A DNA stretch of 64,000 nucleotides. Origin: a virus. Both the position numbers and the translations under genes were made by a program. A model generated the notes under the pieces. That model saw only the letters and a program-made list of their open reading frames with translations, searched no databases and had not been told where the DNA came from. Location: IMG/VR virus record IMGVR_UViG_3300037475_000122, positions 1-64,000 of that record. The stretch is one strand, 5' to 3'. Below are positions 61,238-64,000 of this stretch, in pieces (the first letter of the stretch is position 1; each line of letters opens with the position of its first letter).

Positions 61238-61455
61238 TATTTTACGGTCCCACACAGCGGCGGGGATGTCAAGGGTTTTTCGAGTTCAGAGCGCACAAGG
61301 TTTATGTATTTGTCGAGGTCGCGGATGTAAGTCAACATGCTTTCCAGTTGCGCCCGGTCATCCCAGAGCAAGGTCCATGCCTGAATCCGGACGACCTTCG
61401 CCCCCTGCGACTTCAAGGCGGCGACAAGCTTAACGGTGAAACATTCATTCACCAC
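61237..61455 (-). CDS. Hypothetical protein
   Basis: GTG start; fills the gap. Confidence 0.45.
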   Translation of the reverse strand: MVNECFTVKLVAALKSQGAKVVRIQAWTLLWDDRAQLESMLTYIRDLDKYINLVRSELEKPLTSPPLCGTVK

Positions 61456-61624
61456 GGATGACCTCCCGGTAGAAGCTGACCGCGAGGAAGCACAGGACGG
61501 GGCAGAGGAGGGCCAGCAATGCGGCCGTTCCGTATCCGTCGGGCAGTGCTGCGGCGAGCAGGCAGAACATCATGTAAAGGCCCGCGCAGGCCATCTTTTC
61601 GGACTCGGGTCGAATTCTTTTCAT
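61445..61624 (-). CDS. Small two-TM membrane protein
   Basis: TTGACA-N16-TACCTT-N5-ATG promoter at 61657-61630; hydrophobic. Confidence 0.55.
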   Translation of the reverse strand: MKRIRPESEKMACAGLYMMFCLLAAALPDGYGTAALLALLCPVLCFLAVSFYREVIRGE

Positions 61625-61653
61625 GGTGCAAGGTATCACAGTTTCGGCGGTTG

Positions 61654-61926
61654 TCAAGCGATGTAGCAAACGGCCTCGTAGGTTCCGGAGTCCATCCGAT
61701 AGACGTTCAGAGTCAATCCGCGTTTCGCCATCCGGCCCGCGATGACCTTGCCCTTGTATTCCGAGAGCAATCCAGCCCGGCGGACGGTCTGCCCGTAATT
61801 CACGCCGCCGAAGGTGAACGGATAGAAAAAGTCTTCCGGGTCGGCCAGCACGGAGCGGGTCTCGACGAGGTAAGCCCGCACGGCATCGAGTGCTTCGGAG
61901 AGGGTCTTGAAGAAGTTTTCTTTCAT
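61654..61926 (-). CDS. Hypothetical early protein
   Basis: TTGACA-N17-GATAGT-N6-ATG at 61961-61933; YRMDSGTYE..Y motif. Confidence 0.7.
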   Translation of the reverse strand: MKENFFKTLSEALDAVRAYLVETRSVLADPEDFFYPFTFGGVNYGQTVRRAGLLSEYKGKVIAGRMAKRGLTLNVYRMDSGTYEAVCYIA

Positions 61927-61957
61927 GCCGAAACTATCGCACAGCGCGGGGCGGTTG

Positions 61958-62179
61958 TCAAATTATTTCGGTCTCTCGAACGAATCTTTTGTGCGCCCCG
62001 GGATTCTCCGTCGGCTGCACGAGGTAGCCGTGCGGGTGCTCCCGATTTCTCCACGGGCAGGCCGGGTCTTGCGAATCTTCGACCTCAACGACCTTGCATT
62101 TGACCGTCTGCCCCTGCGGGCGAGTCCACCACGCGCGGACGGAGACGACCTCCCCTAGGGTGTAGCGCGGCGGGTTCAT
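61958..62179 (-). CDS. Hypothetical protein
   Basis: ATGA-coupled. Confidence 0.5.
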   Translation of the reverse strand: MNPPRYTLGEVVSVRAWWTRPQGQTVKCKVVEVEDSQDPACPWRNREHPHGYLVQPTENPGAHKRFVRETEII

Positions 62180-62478
62180 TTGACGTTCAGGTGGTCGGCG
62201 CATCCGATGATGTCCCCAAAGGAGAAGGACGGCGGATTGCCAATGGCCGGGGCGTCCTCGCGCTGCGGCCGAATTCCGGTCTCGGCCTCATGGACCCGGG
62301 CGACGGCGTTTAGCGGATTCACTGTGCGCGGCGGCAGTTGTGGCGGCAGTTCGCGCGCCAGCCGGAGGGCTTCCCCCTCGGGGATGCGGTCCCAAGTGTC
62401 CTTGCCGTCCACCGTGTAAACGGCGTGCCAGAGGGTGTCGTAAGAAGTTTTTCGGATTGTGTGATACTTTGTTTTCAT
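62176..62478 (-). CDS. Hypothetical protein
   Basis: ATGA-coupled. Confidence 0.55.
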   Translation of the reverse strand: MKTKYHTIRKTSYDTLWHAVYTVDGKDTWDRIPEGEALRLARELPPQLPPRTVNPLNAVARVHEAETGIRPQREDAPAIGNPPSFSFGDIIGCADHLNVK

Positions 62479-62663
62479 GAGATGATGTTCACCGCGAGTC
62501 TGTTGAAAAGTTCTTTGTGGGCGGCAGCTTCCCGGACGTTAGAAAACTTCTTCCGGATGTAAAGGTCGATTCCGATTGTGACGCTGCCCCGGTCGAGTTT
62601 CTTCGACTCGCCCCACCACGAGGGCCGGAACTTGCCCGCGCGGGAATGGTGAAAGAGGTTCAT
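62475..62663 (-). CDS. Hypothetical protein
   Basis: ATGA-coupled. Confidence 0.5.
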   Translation of the reverse strand: MNLFHHSRAGKFRPSWWGESKKLDRGSVTIGIDLYIRKKFSNVREAAAHKELFNRLAVNIIS

Positions 62664-62941
62664 TTTAGGTTCACGAGGCCGTGTATGATGCCGAGAGTTT
62701 CCCGGCGGGTGTATTCGTTCATCGTGGAGAGGAACAGTGACGCGACCTTCTCCGCGTCCTCGCATCGAAAATACATGTAGGCCAGCCCGTCCACTGCGGC
62801 CTTCCGCATTGCCTCGGGTTTCGCCCAGAACCGGCGGTCACCCATGAACTCGCGCATGCGGTTCAGTTCCTCAAGGAACTCCGTTTCCGTGAACGGCCCG
62901 GCGGTCTCCCGCCCCGGTGTGTTGAGGGTTGCGGCGTTCAT
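62660..62941 (-). CDS. Hypothetical protein
   Basis: ATGA-coupled. Confidence 0.55.
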   Translation of the reverse strand: MNAATLNTPGRETAGPFTETEFLEELNRMREFMGDRRFWAKPEAMRKAAVDGLAYMYFRCEDAEKVASLFLSTMNEYTRRETLGIIHGLVNLK

Positions 62942-63360
62942 CGGAGATAAGCGGCACCGAACGAGGTGACCGCGTTGTTCCACCAGTTTTCCCAAGTGCC
63001 GATGCGGATGTTGCCCCGGGCGTGCTTCGCGGCCTTGTTCATCCCCTCGGCCTTCAGGATGTCGCCGTTGCTCATGTCGATGAACAGGCAGACCGAAACG
63101 TGAGTGCGGCCGATTTCGCGCCCGTCCTGAAGTCCGGCTTCCGTGACGTGCAACAGCTTGGCCTTTTTCGGGCCGGTGCTCACTTCGAGGACGCGCCAGT
63201 TGACGGGGCAGTTAGGATAATCCTCGTGGCCCTCGGCGTTGATGAGAGCGGAGTATCGGGAGGCGAAGTCGAACAACTCGACCTCGGAGACCGGCCCCCG
63301 GGAGCGCGCCTCGTTCATCGCGGCGACCCAATTTGAAACTTGTTCAGGAGTGTTTTTCAT
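62938..63360 (-). CDS. Conserved phage early protein
   Basis: FID..NGDILKA.G..K.AKHARGNI motif; promoter TTGACA-N17-TAATGT-N6-ATG at 63395-63367. Confidence 0.7.
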   Translation of the reverse strand: MKNTPEQVSNWVAAMNEARSRGPVSEVELFDFASRYSALINAEGHEDYPNCPVNWRVLEVSTGPKKAKLLHVTEAGLQDGREIGRTHVSVCLFIDMSNGDILKAEGMNKAAKHARGNIRIGTWENWWNNAVTSFGAAYLR

Positions 63361-63403
63361 GTCGATACATTAGCGCACCTCGGCACCTTTGTCAAATTTT
63401 ATT

Positions 63404-64000
63404 TTAGAGAACCGCCACGATTTCGCAGCGGCGGCAGCAGGCCGCGTGCTGGTTGCAGAGGCACAGAAGGAGGTCTTCCGCGCTCTTCGCCCCGGCGACG
63501 TAGTCCGTGCGCTTCACAGAGTAGCCGGTCATCGGGTGCCCAATGACGGAGAACTCGGCGACGACGTAGGACTTCGGGAAAAACTCAACCCAAAACTGCG
63601 GGTTGTGGACCCGGGCCGCGCAGAAGTCGGGGTGAGCCGCTGCGGCTTCGCGGATGGTGCGGAAGCTGCGGACAACGACGTTGAACCGGGCCAGCACGTC
63701 ATCGGCTTCGTTGTTGGCCGCTGCGGTCTTGTTCATCTCCAACTTGTGCAGGGCCGTCTTGCACTCGCTCAGAAGCCGCCCGTGCGTGATTTCGGATTGA
63801 ATCGCGAAGTTGGTCCACGCGTCGGAACGGTCGGGGCTGTTGTCCGCGTAACGCAGGCGGAGGTCAAGGCGCTCGAAGTCGAACAGCTTGGCGCGAATCT
63901 TGCGGGCCTCGGAGATGCGGGCGCAGCGGGCGAAATAGACTTCCAGCTTGTCGGCCCCTACGGCAACGGCGGCTTCCTTCAGGAGGGCCGGGGTGAGTTT
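63404..64000 (-). CDS. 5'-truncated hypothetical protein
   Basis: Frame is open to the window end (KLTPALLKEAA...). Confidence 0.6.
   Translation of the reverse strand, partial: KLTPALLKEAAVAVGADKLEVYFARCARISEARKIRAKLFDFERLDLRLRYADNSPDRSDAWTNFAIQSEITHGRLLSECKTALHKLEMNKTAAANNEADDVLARFNVVVRSFRTIREAAAAHPDFCAARVHNPQFWVEFFPKSYVVAEFSVIGHPMTGYSVKRTDYVAGAKSAEDLLLCLCNQHAACCRRCEIVAVL

Noticed and set aside
2619-62422. CGTTTACACG/CGTGTAAACG near-matches to the GTTTAAAC palindrome
   Set aside because: Several encode Val-Tyr-Thr and can be explained by avoidance of GTAC/GTCTAC.
1-64000. Diversity-generating retroelement, retron, intron or intein
   Set aside because: No reverse transcriptase (YxDD), TR/VR pair, homing endonuclease or intein splice motifs recognised.

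Overview
The window is about 64 kb of a GC-rich (roughly 60% by eye) tailed dsDNA bacteriophage, probably most of a podovirus-like genome; both ends fall inside ORFs. The + strand arm (1-37.4 kb) is mainly virion genes: tail fibres, a small serine-recombinase operon, a tRNA/ncRNA cluster, TerL, portal, scaffold, three glycosyltransferase-like genes, major capsid, holin and lipoprotein, collagen-like fibres, tail tube/nozzle proteins, a 2OG-Fe(II) oxygenase, a GNAT, ejection proteins and a 2472-aa polyvalent protein. The - strand arm (37.4-64 kb) holds replication and early genes: metallophosphoesterase, RuvC-like resolvase, sigma70-family factor, primase-helicase, family A DNA polymerase, PD-(D/E)XK nuclease, SF2 helicase, RlpA-like, HD, NUDIX, kinase, nucleotidyltransferase, RNA ligase and many small ORFs. 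Highlights: (1) a phage sigma factor with canonical region 4.2 but rewired region 2, matched by a recurring TTGAC-N17/18-AACCTT promoter before late genes, many apparently leaderless; (2) an 850-nt ncRNA array with a circularly permuted tRNA-like (YrlA/Y-RNA-like) element, an aberrant tRNA and other structured RNAs; (3) a giant virion protein split into modules by a repeated (F/L)LP linker and carrying a zincin, a GNAT, a CmoA-like and a glycosylase-like domain; (4) a possible virion/collagen glycosylation system; (5) a histone-fold candidate; (6) apparent avoidance of many restriction sites. All functional calls come from motif recognition by eye; no searches were run.
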